46,946 nucleotides of DNA from Vezdaea acicularis (taxonomy: Eukaryota). The DNA lies in assembly GCA_026025075.1 (NCBI GenBank), contig JAPEUI010000011.1:186001-232946 (forward strand), written 5' to 3'. This document shows positions 21,976 to 34,213 of the stretch, in pieces; position 1 is the first letter of the stretch, and the number at the start of each line of letters is the position of its first letter. The position numbers and the translations under genes were made by a program. A model generated the notes under the pieces. The model made no database searches. It saw nothing but the letters and a program-made list of their open reading frames with translations, and was not told the DNA's origin.

Positions 21976-23826
21976 CTAATCAAGCCCCCTCCACAGCCCC
22001 TCCCGATCCACATTCCTCCACCTTCCTATCCGCACCTTCTCCCACCCCATCATAACCCCTAACACCCTACACCCCCTCGCGCCCACCGCGCAAACCACAT
22101 CATCCGCGCCCCCTAGCACCGCCAGATCCAGAAGGTAAGCCCGGGCGACCAATTCCCTCAGCGCGTAGGCCAGGGGCGGCGTTTCCTTCTCTGCCGTAGC
22201 CCCCTTTCCCTTACCCTTATCGTCCTCCACATCTATCTCCTTCGTCCTCCCGGACGATTTCTCGGCGGCTTCGCTACCAACGGCAGGGTATCCCAGGTGC
22301 CAGAAGACGTCCTTGAAGAAGCCGCCTTCCCAGCCGACGTTCTCCTCCTTAAAAACCTTGCCCCAGCCGCGAACGCGCTCTTGCTCCTGAGCGGCACCGG
22401 CGCCGTTGACGGCATCGAGCGTCGTCTTGCTGGCGAGCAGAATCTGCGTTTGGGCGCGCTCCGTCCCGGCCAGTTCGGGGGTGGGATAGACGTCTGGATC
22501 GTCGCTGGCGACCACGATGATTTCTCCGTTCATGCTCTGGATGTCGCTATTGTTTCCGCTCTCGCTTTTGCCAGAGGAGGCAAGTGAAGGCGGGTAAGGC
22601 AGGCGTTCTCGCGCGGCAGCGACGTATAAGTCGAGCGGGATGTAGCTCTCGCGATACATGGGCTGGTCCGGATGGCGGTCTCCACGACGGATATGCACGC
22701 CAACCAGTCTCTTTCCCTCCTCTACAGCCCTCGCTTTCAGCTCAGATAGGCGTGTTTGCATGTACGCCAGGTCAGCCGAGTTGAGGTGGAAGAGCGCTTC
22801 ATACCCTCGTCGCATAAGTGCAAATGCACCGTCAGAAGAGGTATCTGGGAAAAGGGATCTGAAGTTATCACCGAAGATGTAAGGGGCCGTGGCAGCTGAG
22901 ACGACAAGGTGACGCGCTGTTGCAGGGTAAGGAAGGGGCTGAGTATTCGGAGGAAGCTGGCATGAGGGGGAGGGGGGAGGCGCAAAGTAAGTCGTGTACT
23001 TCCCGTAGGCCCACCTGGTGTCCGAGATGAAGAAGGGGCGGGATTGGAGAGCGGCGAGGCCGTAGCTAAGCCACAGGTGGAGAAGAGTGGAGCCGAGTCC
23101 TGCGTCGGAGGTTTCGAGAACGAAGGTTAGGGAAGTGGAACAGAGGGGCGTGCGTGAGGCGGATGACTCGGCCGTTAACTCAGGTTTGGCGTCTGGGGTT
23201 GAAGGGCTGGCGAGAACCGTGAGAGGGAGCAAACCTTCTTCCTCGGCTTCGAAAACGTCAATGAAGGTGGGGTCGACATGTGTGAAGGGGTTCGTGTGGC
23301 TTTTGAAGTGACCACTAAGTTTCTTCGAGAGGGATTCGCCCTGGGCACAGAGATCGGCGTATTGACGCGGTCGAAGTGGGAAAGAATAGCTGGATGGGAT
23401 TGATATTGTCCATCTCTTGCGCCCCCTTTGGTCCCTGACAACCACTGCTGCTGGAGATCGAGCCGATATATCAGCTGATGGTGCGTCAAAGCTCGCCGGT
23501 CGATATTTCGAAATAGTTGCCAAGGTCCTCCACGCGTCGAACCTGAAAAACGCCAGCAGATAGAGCGTAGTAATCAAACCGGTGATCCAAATGACCAGTC
23601 GAAGCGGACTCTGATACCGTACTCTAATTTTCGACTCACTGCGCTTCTTCCCATGATGCGGGGTGAGCGAGGGCAAGCCTGGCGAGGCAGGCGGCGACTC
23701 CATCAGATGATGAAAACTAAGCGGAAAGCTCGCCGAAGTAGAAGACGCCGGTCGAGGGGCCCCGTATGATGCCGGAGAGCGCTGGAGGGCTATCCTCGCC
23801 GGGATCTTGCGAGATGCTAAAATCAT
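21976..23826 (-). CDS. Type II membrane protein with alpha-1,2/alpha-1,6/O-fucosyltransferase superfamily motifs, 616 aa (alternative start 23703)
   Basis: Single long ORF with one TM (LVIWITGLITTLYLLAFF) after a basic stretch. Motif I VGVHIRRGD (22704-22678), motif II IIVVASDD, motif III LLDLAVLGGADDVVC, plus an upstream AGLGSTL loop. Confidence 0.78.
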   Translation of the reverse strand: MILASRKIPARIALQRSPASYGAPRPASSTSASFPLSFHHLMESPPASPGLPSLTPHHGKKRSESKIRVRYQSPLRLVIWITGLITTLYLLAFFRFDAWRTLATISKYRPASFDAPSADISARSPAAVVVRDQRGRKRWTISIPSSYSFPLRPRQYADLCAQGESLSKKLSGHFKSHTNPFTHVDPTFIDVFEAEEEGLLPLTVLASPSTPDAKPELTAESSASRTPLCSTSLTFVLETSDAGLGSTLLHLWLSYGLAALQSRPFFISDTRWAYGKYTTYFAPPPSPSCQLPPNTQPLPYPATARHLVVSAATAPYIFGDNFRSLFPDTSSDGAFALMRRGYEALFHLNSADLAYMQTRLSELKARAVEEGKRLVGVHIRRGDRHPDQPMYRESYIPLDLYVAAARERLPYPPSLASSGKSESGNNSDIQSMNGEIIVVASDDPDVYPTPELAGTERAQTQILLASKTTLDAVNGAGAAQEQERVRGWGKVFKEENVGWEGGFFKDVFWHLGYPAVGSEAAEKSSGRTKEIDVEDDKGKGKGATAEKETPPLAYALRELVARAYLLDLAVLGGADDVVCAVGARGCRVLGVMMGWEKVRIGRWRNVDREGLWRGLD

Positions 23827-25839
23827 GACGAACAGAAGCGTTGGGTGGGGGTATCAGTCGTTACGTCGTTTTGTGTTGTTTGCTAGGGAAAGGACGCCAA
23901 GAATATAGATAGTGGCTCAGCGTTGCTGGACGTGTTGCAAAGAACGATCGAAGAAATAACAATAATGAGACGGTGCGATCAACGTGGTTACGAAAAGAAA
24001 GGGTAGGTTCGTGACCGGCACTATACTGTATTTCTTGAGGCGTACAACAACGTCGACATCGACATCGAGAGCCTCGATGCCGCTAACACTCTGGAAGATT
24101 GCGAGCTTAAAGGGCTACTCTCGAATAGATGTCAGGACCTCGTCGACGGGACTTGCCTCTATTTCGGTACTTGGCGAGTGTCCGGAGAGCTCGTCATGTC
24201 CCACCGTCCGCAGCGGATTGGCCGTCCAGAAACCGAGGTACAGCGGAGGGGGTCGGGCGTGGGAAATGAAGATCGGCCGCGATCACCTCGAAGGGTGTCC
24301 TTTAGCAGCTCTTCGGCTTCTTTGCAGCACAGCTGAGTAGGCAAAGAAGTGGAGAAGTGGAGAAGCGCGGCGCCCATCGATTCCGATCTGAGCCTCTTCG
24401 GAAACGCAACGAGCAGCGGCGCCGGTGCGTCAGCCGGACGAACACAAGGTGATTGCAGGACTGAAGCTAGACGAAGCCAAGGTGCAGCTTTAAACCAACG
24501 TGAGCTCGGTATCGTCCGTTCGTCATCACAGGCTCAAGACCTCCCCAGGGAAAACGGCACACGGAGGCAAGGGCTCGCAGATGAGAGGGAGGGCGCGAGG
24601 GAATGCGCTCGGGGGTTGGCGATGGTGGTGATCATCACGGTTATAGGGTGGTGCGGTTGGTTCCGCTCAGATCACCTTCCTCCCCCCTTCCCTCGGCATG
24701 GTGAAGGAGGAAGAAGGGAGAAGCCTGAGGTGGCGGCAAAGCTGGGCATCACCGCGCTGACCGCCTCGGCGTCTGTGCAGGAGGAGCAAGGCAAACAGCG
24801 GAGGCCGTCCATTGTGCGATCGTCCTAGGCCCGCGCAAGAGTGAAAGCGTGAAAAAAGGCAAGCAGATCTTCCGGCCGTTAAACGAAGGGGATTCGGCGA
24901 AACTCCAAGCCTCAAACAGCGCTACTCCGGACCTGAAACGACACCTTTCGCACCTTTTCCCCCCTGGACATCTCCCCTTGCATCCGGCGCGCTAAATGAC
25001 GTCGATCGGCCGCCCTCGCCAAAACCCAAGCGAACTCTGTTCCTGTCTCGAGCAAAAAGCGTGCGTGGAAAACAACCCTGGAAAGACGCACAGAGCAGTT
25101 CTTAAGCAAAATTCGTGATAGAGTAGGGTGGGGCTCGGACTGGGCCGAGCGCATTCATGACGCGCTTGTTTGGGGGGGATGGAGGAAAGGAAGGAGGTAA
25201 GCGGTGCCCGGCACTTGAATCTGGCTTCGGCACACATATTACGGTAGCAGGCAAATAGTAGAGAGGAAGAAGTAGACGTTGCATTATCCACAATCATTCC
25301 AGCCTTACAAGCCCCACCGGCGCATGCCGAGCTCCCCTTCACGCGAATACCAATCCAGCACGCCCCTGATCCCGCGCAAAAAAAATCGAGTTCATTAACG
25401 CGGCCATTGAAGGCCTTAGAAGGGTCCATCTACAAAACGAAAGAACCACGATGCGTGCGAAACGGTGGTGGAGTGAGTATAGAAAACAGCACATCACGGA
25501 CTCCGAGAAACTCGAGCAAGTAGGGAAAAAAGAGAGAGCGAGAGAGCGAGAAAGCGCAAGCATCCACGGTCGTCTTCGAACCGAACCCCCAATCAGTTTA
25601 ATCGACCAACCAAGCGGTCCCCGCGTGTGAGCCGAATCACAGTAGCACCACGCCCGACCAAGCCCTATCCATAAAGTCGGGAAATTCTTAAAGGTGCGCT
25701 AACGCGAAATCGTATTGGAAGGCAATGTCCCTAGCGGCAAAGGAAGAATGTCCGAAGAGGTAAAAAATGGGGTATCGAAAAGCTGCCGGACAGTTTTATA
25801 GGAAAACGCTCAAAGGAAGGAAGGAGCCAGCCAAGTCGA

Positions 25840-28800
25840 TCACGAAGTGGAGGCAGTGGCTGAAACCGAGTTGAAGCCGCGGTTGATCGGCGGTAGAGCC
25901 TTGAGCGGCGGTGGTCCTGGGGCGGTAAGGCTGATGTCCAGCCGTTGCTTGTTCTCGGGCGCAAGCCGAACGCTCCCGCGGTTGCCCTTCACTATCTGTC
26001 CGCTCTCCACGCGGTCTTGAATCATCTCATCTAACATCTTGCTCATCTCATCGACACTCTTGTTGCGTTTGCGCCCTCGCGGTGGGAGGAGGCCTACTGG
26101 ACCACCATTACCGACAGGGCTATCATCTTTGGCATCTAGATGCTTGTTGTCAGACTGGTCGGTGGTAAGGTCTGCGACATCGCGTTTGCGCGCTGCGCTG
26201 CGGAGAGCAGTCATCATTCGATCCTTGTCATCCAGTCGAGCTCGTAAGTCGGCAATCTCAGCATCCTTCTCAGCTAGGAGATGTCCGACGCCCTCGTTAT
26301 TATCGCCGCCCAGAGCCGCCGCCACTTTTGTTGGTGAGAGGCCAAGAGACATGCGAGAATGACTGGAGCGTCGTGCTTGGAGGAGCCGTTTCTCTAGCGT
26401 GGAGATATATCGAGTTTTGTCTGCGAGATCAGCCTGTAGTGCTCGAATTTGTGCAGTCAGTGTGGCTGTGCCATCACCGTATTCTCCGGTGGATTCGTCA
26501 TCGTCTGAAATACGGTCGCCCGGTGGAGACACTGGGCTATGGGCATTTGGGAGTTGACCCAAAGTAGATGTAGATCCAATCGAAGCTGTTCTATTCGCGT
26601 TGTCTCCCTTACCAACAGTAGAGGGTGTTGTAGAAGATCTAACAGAGAGAGCAGAGGCAGTACCATTGGTGGCACCAGAGAATCGCGCGTTTGTCCCAAG
26701 AGATGAGAAGGTACCGCTGTTGTTCACTCCTGTAGACTTGGAGCATAAGATGAGGCGGTTCAAATGCTCAATCCGTTCCTTGAGAGCTGTGCGGGCGAGT
26801 TGCATTTCCAGCATTTGTTCCTCATGACGTTGTTCAGCCTCCTTCTCGCGCTCCTTCTCTTCTTCCTCAACTTTCTGCTTGGCTTGGCCTTCAAGTTGGC
26901 CGCGAAGTTCGAGAATTTCCATCCTGTAGCGCTCAAGCAATACTCTGGCACCAGCGTCTCCACCACTACCAAGCGCCTCCTCGGCCTTTTTGGCATGACT
27001 GACGATGTTGTTCTTTGCCCTCGCAGCGAACTTCAAGGTGTTCAGTGTCTCGCCTGTGTGGCTGCTTGCTGCGGCTATGCTCCCCACTGAACCAAGCTGG
27101 ATCGTACAAAGAATGCTAACGAGAGAATTGCCTGACAGGGCGGATTGAAGCAGTCGCGTGAGCTTGCTGTCTCTGTAGGGTAGATGCTTTCCATCCTTGT
27201 CGAGAGGATTGCCTTTCTTATCTTTATCACCCGATAATCTGGCGATGACGGTACCCAATGTCAAGAGACTTTTGTTGATATGTGCACCTTCGGTGCGCCG
27301 TTCCTTGTCTTCTGCAGCTCTTTCCGATCCAGCCAAATCAATCAGACTTAGCGTTGAGACACGAACTCCTCCTGGTACGATGGCAGATCTTTTATTATCG
27401 GTCATCGAGCCATTGCCAGGCGTACGCTCTCGACTCTCAACCACAATCTGAACCACTGCATGACTTCGCGAACTTCGAGTATTGTATTGTGTACTACCCG
27501 TCCTTCTTGCATGGTCACCTCTTGCAATGACTCTCAGCAGCTGAGTCGGGCTTTGAACAATCTCCTCCTTTAATGGTGAGGCATAAACGCCTCGCCTGCT
27601 ATCTTCTCTGAGCTTAATCTCTTCCTGAGCAGCTCCAAGGCCCCCCAGACCCCCGCCACCGCTTGGCGGTGATAGAAGATCGTGAATTTTTTCATTGTAA
27701 ATTTCGAGGTAGCTAACACGTAACAAAAATTCACGGTGTGGTGTTTCACGAATGTAGGAGAATATGTCGGTGATAGCCAATGGGATGACGCCTGGTGATG
27801 CAGCAGTTCCGTTCATTGAATATGTCTTCCCGGTTCCAGTCATTCCGTAGGCAAAGACCGTGCCATGATATCCCTCCATTACTCGTCGCACCAGCCTCTT
27901 GGCCGAAGAATCGTAAACTTTTGCATTCTTGTCATTAGTACCAAAAACATTATCTGTCGAACACAACAAAATTAGCTGGTCATAATTAAGATCTAATAAT
28001 GGCGGGACAAACCATAGTAGTAATCTCCGCCCTCACGTCCGCGATAGGCAACTAGGGATCGTCTCCCATCCACCAGCCATTCACCGTCGGCCTTTCCCTC
28101 ACTCCCTACATCTGGTCGTACACGAACACTGACAATCACATTCCCCTTCCCTTCCTTGCTCTTCGAACCTCGTTTGCCCTCCGCATCATCTACTCCCTCT
28201 CGACCACGCGGCGCACCCTCACCATCATCCAAGGTTGTTGCAGATGTAGAGTACGAGTCTTGAGCGGAAGAACTTCGACTTTGAGCCGGCGAGGGCAAGC
28301 TCAGTAGACCATCCGAGCCTCGTGCACCTGCCCCACTGGAAATGGACTTGCTATCCCCACTACCATTGAGCAGACTTGGTATACCCGCGCCCGAATAGGT
28401 ATTCGGACTTCCCCCACTACCGAAAGTTTTTGGTCGTTTTAACTTTGTGCCTGCAGAAGGGGTGATTGGGCTATTTGCATCCACCGAATCTCTTCGACCT
28501 CCAACACCAGCATTAAGACCGGTTGTGAGGGGGCTGGGCGGCAAGCTCGAGATCCTTGTGCCACTTTTTGGAGGATGTGGGAACGCGTTCACACTGATTG
28601 TGCGTCTGATGCTTGGTCCCCCCGCAATATCACCGGGCGTCAATGGCCCATTTACGGTCTTCAAGGAGGGGACCGTGTTCGTCGAATTTGAACGTACATT
28701 CGGGGGTGGTTGTGTTGCCCCCGTTGATGCTGATGACATTCGGCTAGCTGTGGGTCTCAATGGCAAGCTACTCGTAGGCAGATTGCTTGTTGGCGATGTT

Positions 28801-28916
28801 CTTTTCGATGCCACAGAACCTATACTCTTTCGAAGCTTCGGGCTGGGCAACGGTGGGAGGGCTGTTGTCGGAGGGTCGAGCGAAGGCCGCGACGGTCGCG
28901 GTAGAGTTGCTGCCAT
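25840..28916 (-). CDS. kipA: Kinesin-7 family motor (KipA/Kip2/Tea2-like), ~1005 aa; exons 28916-28013, 27953-25840
   Basis: Long S/P-rich N-terminus, then NVIVSVRVRP, P-loop FAYGMTGTGKT, VSYLEIYNE, switch I NTRSSRSH, switch II LIDLAGSE, HLPYRDSKLTRLLQ and a C-terminal coiled coil. One 59-nt intron. Confidence 0.93.
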
Positions 28917-30217
28917 TCTGAAACAGCAGGATATATCCCTCAACGTTCTTTCGCCGCAGCAGATCCTACACTCTTTTCGTGGACTGCTCTTGAACTGCAG
29001 TGAGCAGTTCTCTACGTCCACTCACTCCTCCAACTCGGCCTAACTTTGTCTAACCCTCTTCCGACCTCCACACGGTTCTCAAACGTTCATAGGAATACTT
29101 TTCGGGTAGGTTTCTTTTTTTTTTCGGATTTCGTGAACGTAACCGAGAGGTTCAGGCCCTGGGGTTTGGTGGTGAGAGATGTACGCGTCTCAACAATCGA
29201 TTTTGCTGGAGGCCTCTCAATGACTTCGTTCGTCGTCTGCTGCGTGGATGCTTGATGTACACGCTGGAAACGAGACGGATTTGCTGCGACAAGAAGATAC
29301 AGAGCCGTGATCACCAATTGATCATGATACGGTACTTTTTCTCAGCTCGGGAGGGTGTGCGCGTTCCGGCTCGAGCGTTTACTAAAGTGGAGTAGGAAGT
29401 TATGGTAGCGACGCGGAAGGGAATCGGCGTTGGTGAACGATCGTTTCGGCAAAGTACTATACAAGGGGAAAATGACGGGCCTCCGTATTAGGCGATGCAC
29501 CACGTCGGACTTGTCGATAAGGAATTAATGCGCATAGGAGGGAGGGGTCGGTGATTGAAGAGTCAAGGAGACAAAGCGTGCAGAGGTAGAGAGGAAGTGG
29601 AAGCGGAGCTGAGTCCCCAGTCGTGATCTGGAAAACTACAGGGAGATAATTAAGGTGCAGCACGTTCACACTACGCCCGCGGCCACCAAGTGCAGTCGAG
29701 TCGAGCTGCAGACAGGCTGGTCGGGGTGAGTTCACCAGTCCGTGAGATGAGAGCTACCAGACTGTCGGGCCCAGGCACTTGCGAAGGGGAAGGATCGCTG
29801 TGGCTTGCCCGCTATCGTCGGCGACACGGCCCAAGCACGGACAGCCTCAGTTAACGTGCATGCACTGGATAGATTCGAGCTGGTCAGTTCACCATGGACA
29901 ACATGAAGCGGGGAGTTGACAATCGAAACATGACGGTTTGCCCCCTCCGGCGCAATGGATGGACGCACAGGGCATCGCACGAGGCCGCGGCATCTGGAGG
30001 CAGATGGATGGAGGGGGCTTCGTGGGGATGCGGTCGCCGAGAGCTGGATACACGACGACGGCAACGCTATCGCCGGCCTCGGGCCTGCGCGCGCCCCTGC
30101 CCGTGCGAGACGGGGGCCACACGCCCCTTCCCCTTTGGGTTAGGTGCTTCAGTAGGCAGGCGCGGCCGCCCAATCAGCCCGTCGCGGCCGCCGTCTCTTG
30201 CGCAGGTCCCACTTCCC

Positions 30218-30246
30218 CTCCCACCGTCTCCCACCGTCTCCCACCG
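30218..30246. repeat. 10-nt tandem repeat (CTCCCACCGT) x~2.9
   Basis: Read directly: CTCCCACCGT CTCCCACCGT CTCCCACCG. Confidence 0.85.
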
Positions 30247-31827
30247 AGTGCCCTATCGCCAACACCACCACCCTCCCGCCCCGTCCAACCATCTCTCCTT
30301 TTTCCCTCTTCACACCCCTCCCCCCGAAGGAGCAGATCTCGACAGCAGACGGGCATCGTGCACACGACTGTCCGCCGGACTCTACCTAGGTGGCGATCCT
30401 GACCGCTATCAAGGAACGGACGTCTCCTGCTCATCCGCCTCTCTTTTCCTTCTCCGTCGCACCAAGAGATGAAGCCTCAACTTCTCAGCCACGATGAAAA
30501 GGGGGTCATGACGTTGAATGGCGCCGCGATGGCATGACACGGGCGATATGGCCAGAAGCAGAGTAAAGGAGGCCGGCTCGTCCTGCTCGAGGCTTGCGCA
30601 CCGTATCATTTCCGATGTGTGGGCGGACTATCGTCATTCGTCGCGCGCACGCTGCGTGAGCACTGATGCGGTCGACGTTGCCCTCGTGAAAGAACGTCCA
30701 CTTTTGGTGGAGAGCGGGGCAGAGATACTCATGATTGGAGCGTGGCGTCCCCTCTCTCCAGTGCATCACCATCATCGGTCGTCCATCAGACGGACGGGGT
30801 GACGGATGGAGGACGATTTGAGGCCCGTCTGGCCAGTCGTGGGGCACCCAACGTGAACATCACCGTGAGCGCGCTGGACGCTGGTTGACTGTCGCGTTGT
30901 GGTTCCGGGGGGGCTGCGCGTGCGGGCGCCGGCATCTCGCTTCTCTGATCGCGGGTTGGCTGCAGCGGCCATCACACGGCAGCACTTGTCTCGGCTCTGA
31001 GCTTCCATCTGGAGAAGGGACGGACCACCACCGCCGACGCCGGTGCCCAACCCATGTCGCGCGGGGCCAATCGTGACGCGACTGCCCAACAGCGCTGCCC
31101 CCTCCAATTTCGTCCAGGGGCAACATCCTTTGCGACTTCTTCACGCCAGGCGTCCACCCAATCTTCCACCTGTCGCACGACGATCAGCGCCGTATCGAGC
31201 TAATGTCAGTCGGAGCAAATCATCGAGGAGAGGGCTGGGGTCTCGGACTCGGAAATGGAGGTGGGCGGACGAGGGCGGGGGAGGATGTTGGTGTTGGCGG
31301 AAAGCTCGGAGATTTAATGGTGAAACGGTTTGATCACCCATAAGCAACGGGGGTTGTCTTTCTTCGCCATGTTCAGTCGCTGCTGGAGCCCGAACTAAGT
31401 TGCATGCATGTCTTTCCATCCGTGGCTCGAGCGCCGCAGAGCATATCCGAGTGTTGCCGAAGCTCCGAGGCATGTCAAACTCCTGCACCGTCGAACCCTG
31501 TTCATGTCGACAGCCACGTCCGATTATCGATACATGTGCGTCGCGCGGCGACCGACAGACAGGGCGCGCTTCCCCATGGGCCCCGAAGTCTGGTTTGACG
31601 AGCGAGTGGGACGCAGTGCCGATGCAACATTGATGTCCCCCTCCCCTAGACGGCACTTCTGCATCTGCAGAGCATGCGTCCGAGGCACATCCCAATTTTC
31701 GTCATGGAGAACTTGGTTCGTGCCGACGTTATAGGTCCATTCGATTTTGCAAATTCATAGTTGATTTGCATCTGAAATGACACCCTTCACCCTATCCACG
31801 TGACATGATAGATATCGTTCGGTAGGA

Positions 31828-33098
31828 CTATCTCGTGGTGGAGAAGTCGAGCTTGCGAGCTACCTTGTTGCCGCGTCCAGTATCGAGCTCCCCAGCCCTC
31901 CGCTTCAAGTCTTCTCCCATCTTCTCCGCTCCTCCTCCTTTCCTTGGAAGCTCTTCTTTCCTTGTGGGTGGGGGCTCGCTGAGCCAGTACTGGTGCTCCA
32001 GAATCTGACGTGCTGTCGGCCTTTTTCGCGGATCGAGGCTCAAGGTTGACATGAGCAGGTCGACGCCATCTCTCCCTGCTGTGCCAAACATACCCATGAA
32101 AAAATCTCGATTACTAGCAGGTCGGATCTGGTCCGCGTTGGTGGGTACGTAATCAGGCAGCTTAGAAACTCCGGGCCAGTTGTCTTCTGTTGGCGTGCCG
32201 ATTGCTTGACAGATCAGGTCCAACTGGTGCACGTCTGTGTTACCGGCCATGAACGGCGTTCGCAAGACCAGTTCCGCGAATACAGCCCCCATGGACCAGA
32301 CGTCAACAGCCCCTGAGTAATGCCTTGCTCCGTAGAGAAGTTCTGGCGGCCTATACCATCTGGTGATGACTTGGTGGGTCATGTTGCGGTACGGATCAGA
32401 GAAAGATCGGGCCAGTCCAAAATCTGCAAGTTTGATCTCTCCGTCGGCTGCAATCAGCAAATTGTTCGGCTTAATATCGCGATGTAAGATGAAATTCTCG
32501 TGACAGAACCACACGCCTCGACCCAACATGCACATCCATGTCTTGATATCCGCACTCCCATATCTAACGCCATCGATGTCTTTGATTAGCATTTCCAGAT
32601 CCCCGAGGGGTAGATATTCCAAAACCAGGTTGATATTTTGACCCTTTGATGAGAAGACGGCCTCAAGGGCAATAATGTTAGGATGGGATAGCTCCTGTAA
32701 GCACTTAATTTCTCGGACTGCGTCCATGGCTAGGCCTTCCTTGTAGTCGGTATTGATCTTAATCTTTTTAATGGCCACTTGGGACTTTGGGTCTTTTACA
32801 TGGTGGCCTAGATATACAATGGCGTATGTACCTTCACCTAATTTCTTGTCTAGAAGGTAGTCGTTTTCGTGAGCCTATAAACTTTGAAACATGGTGTCAA
32901 ATTGATCGGGCTTTTACCTTTGGCATATCTATTCTTTATTTTATTATTCAGGTACTCCGCTGGGTCTTGTTCGCCATCGTCACTAGAGTCGTGCACATCC
33001 TCTTCCTTTATTTTCATTTTGTCTGCAGCTTTCACATTTCTTGTGTAGTTAACTGCGCCTGCTGGACTCTGCCTTGGTAATGGCGATGAGATAGCCAT
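31828..33098 (-). CDS. KIN28: TFIIH-associated cyclin-dependent kinase (Kin28/CDK7/Mcs6), ~400 aa; exons 33098-32918, 32849-31828
   Basis: LGEGTYAIVY, VAIKKIK, PSTAIRE-equivalent AMDAVRE, HRDIKPNNLL, DFGLARSF..PYRNMTHQVITRWYRPPELLYGA (CDK7-type T-loop), C-terminal VARKLDF. A 68-nt intron restores the Gly-rich loop. Confidence 0.95.
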
Positions 33099-33499
33099 CC
33101 TTTCAGGGATGTTGTGTGAGTGTCTGAAAGACTAAGCTTGAGCGTTGGGTCGTTTCAAATTTGATAGTGAGAAGGCGTCAGTTGAGAGAAATCAATTATT
33201 TGAGGTTCTTAAGTTTCCAATTGTCATTGAAAAGAGGTTCAAAAAATTGATCTAGTAGTATCAAGCATTTTCTGAACTTGCACAAAATTCAGAACGTAAT
33301 TAAAAGTCAGGAATGTGTGCAAAAGTGGTCCAGTTCACCTTTCGGCGGCGTCAAACAATTGCTTAGTCATCATCGGTGAGCCTCCATGACAAGACTTTTC
33401 CGACAACTGCCAATTTAAGAGCCGTAGATAGCCTTAAGGGCTAACAAGCTCTCTCACCTCCCAATCGTCTTTAAAATTGCAACTCGAACAGAAGCAATC

Positions 33500-34213
33500 A
33501 TGATAGTCAGAGCGGCGAGACTCCAGACCTTACCCTCCTTCCTCCTCCCCTCTATCCGTACCCCATCGCGACATCTCCACCAACATCTCAGCGCCGGGCA
33601 AATCCCAGCCCCTACAGCATTTGTACCCGACCCACAGACATTCCTCACGCTCATCGGGCGAAACCTCAAACAACACGCAGCAAAGATACCCTCATGGGAA
33701 GCATTATTCACACTCACATCAAGCCAGCTGCGAGAACTAGGCATTGAACCGGCGAGGAGTCGACGATATCTCCTTAGGTGGCGTGATAAATTTCGGCGCG
33801 GGAAGTTTGGGATAGGAGGGGACTTACAAGAGGTCAAGGATGGGGTTGCACTATTGAAGGTAGTTGGGGTTCCAAAGAAGCTCGATGCCGCTACCAATGT
33901 CCCTGTCGAGACTGGCCCCTTTCTGCCAATGATGAAGAAAGTCATCCTAAACGTGCCAGCAGACGCAGAGGTTTCGAGGATGCCGCTCGAACACATCCAG
34001 CCCGTGGCTGGTCTGAAGCTGAGTGGAAGGGATTTCATAAATGGGCCTCATACGGAATCTGTCAAAGGGTCGTCAGGCACACTGGCGAAGCTTGCCGTTA
34101 AGGAAGGGCTTTGGGAAGATAAGAGGGGGCGGAAGATTGATGGTGGAGAGAGGCGGAGGGCAGAGGTGCGGGCGAAGCGAAGGGGAGAGGAGAAGAGAAC
34201 CAGAAGGGGTTGA
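33500..34213 (+). CDS. FYV4: Mitochondrial small ribosomal subunit protein mS41 (Fyv4, IGR domain), 237 aa
   Basis: Presequence-like N-terminus. FVPDPQTFLTLIGR...IPSWEALFTLTSSQLRELGIEPARSRRYLLRWRDKFR, and C-terminal GRKIDGGERRRAEVR. Confidence 0.92.
   Translation: MIVRAARLQTLPSFLLPSIRTPSRHLHQHLSAGQIPAPTAFVPDPQTFLTLIGRNLKQHAAKIPSWEALFTLTSSQLRELGIEPARSRRYLLRWRDKFRRGKFGIGGDLQEVKDGVALLKVVGVPKKLDAATNVPVETGPFLPMMKKVILNVPADAEVSRMPLEHIQPVAGLKLSGRDFINGPHTESVKGSSGTLAKLAVKEGLWEDKRGRKIDGGERRRAEVRAKRRGEEKRTRRG

Noticed and set aside
28917..29021. N-terminal extension of the kinesin ORF from a GTG start
   Set aside because: Non-ATG start with UTR-like composition; ATG 28916 has a good context (AGAATGG).
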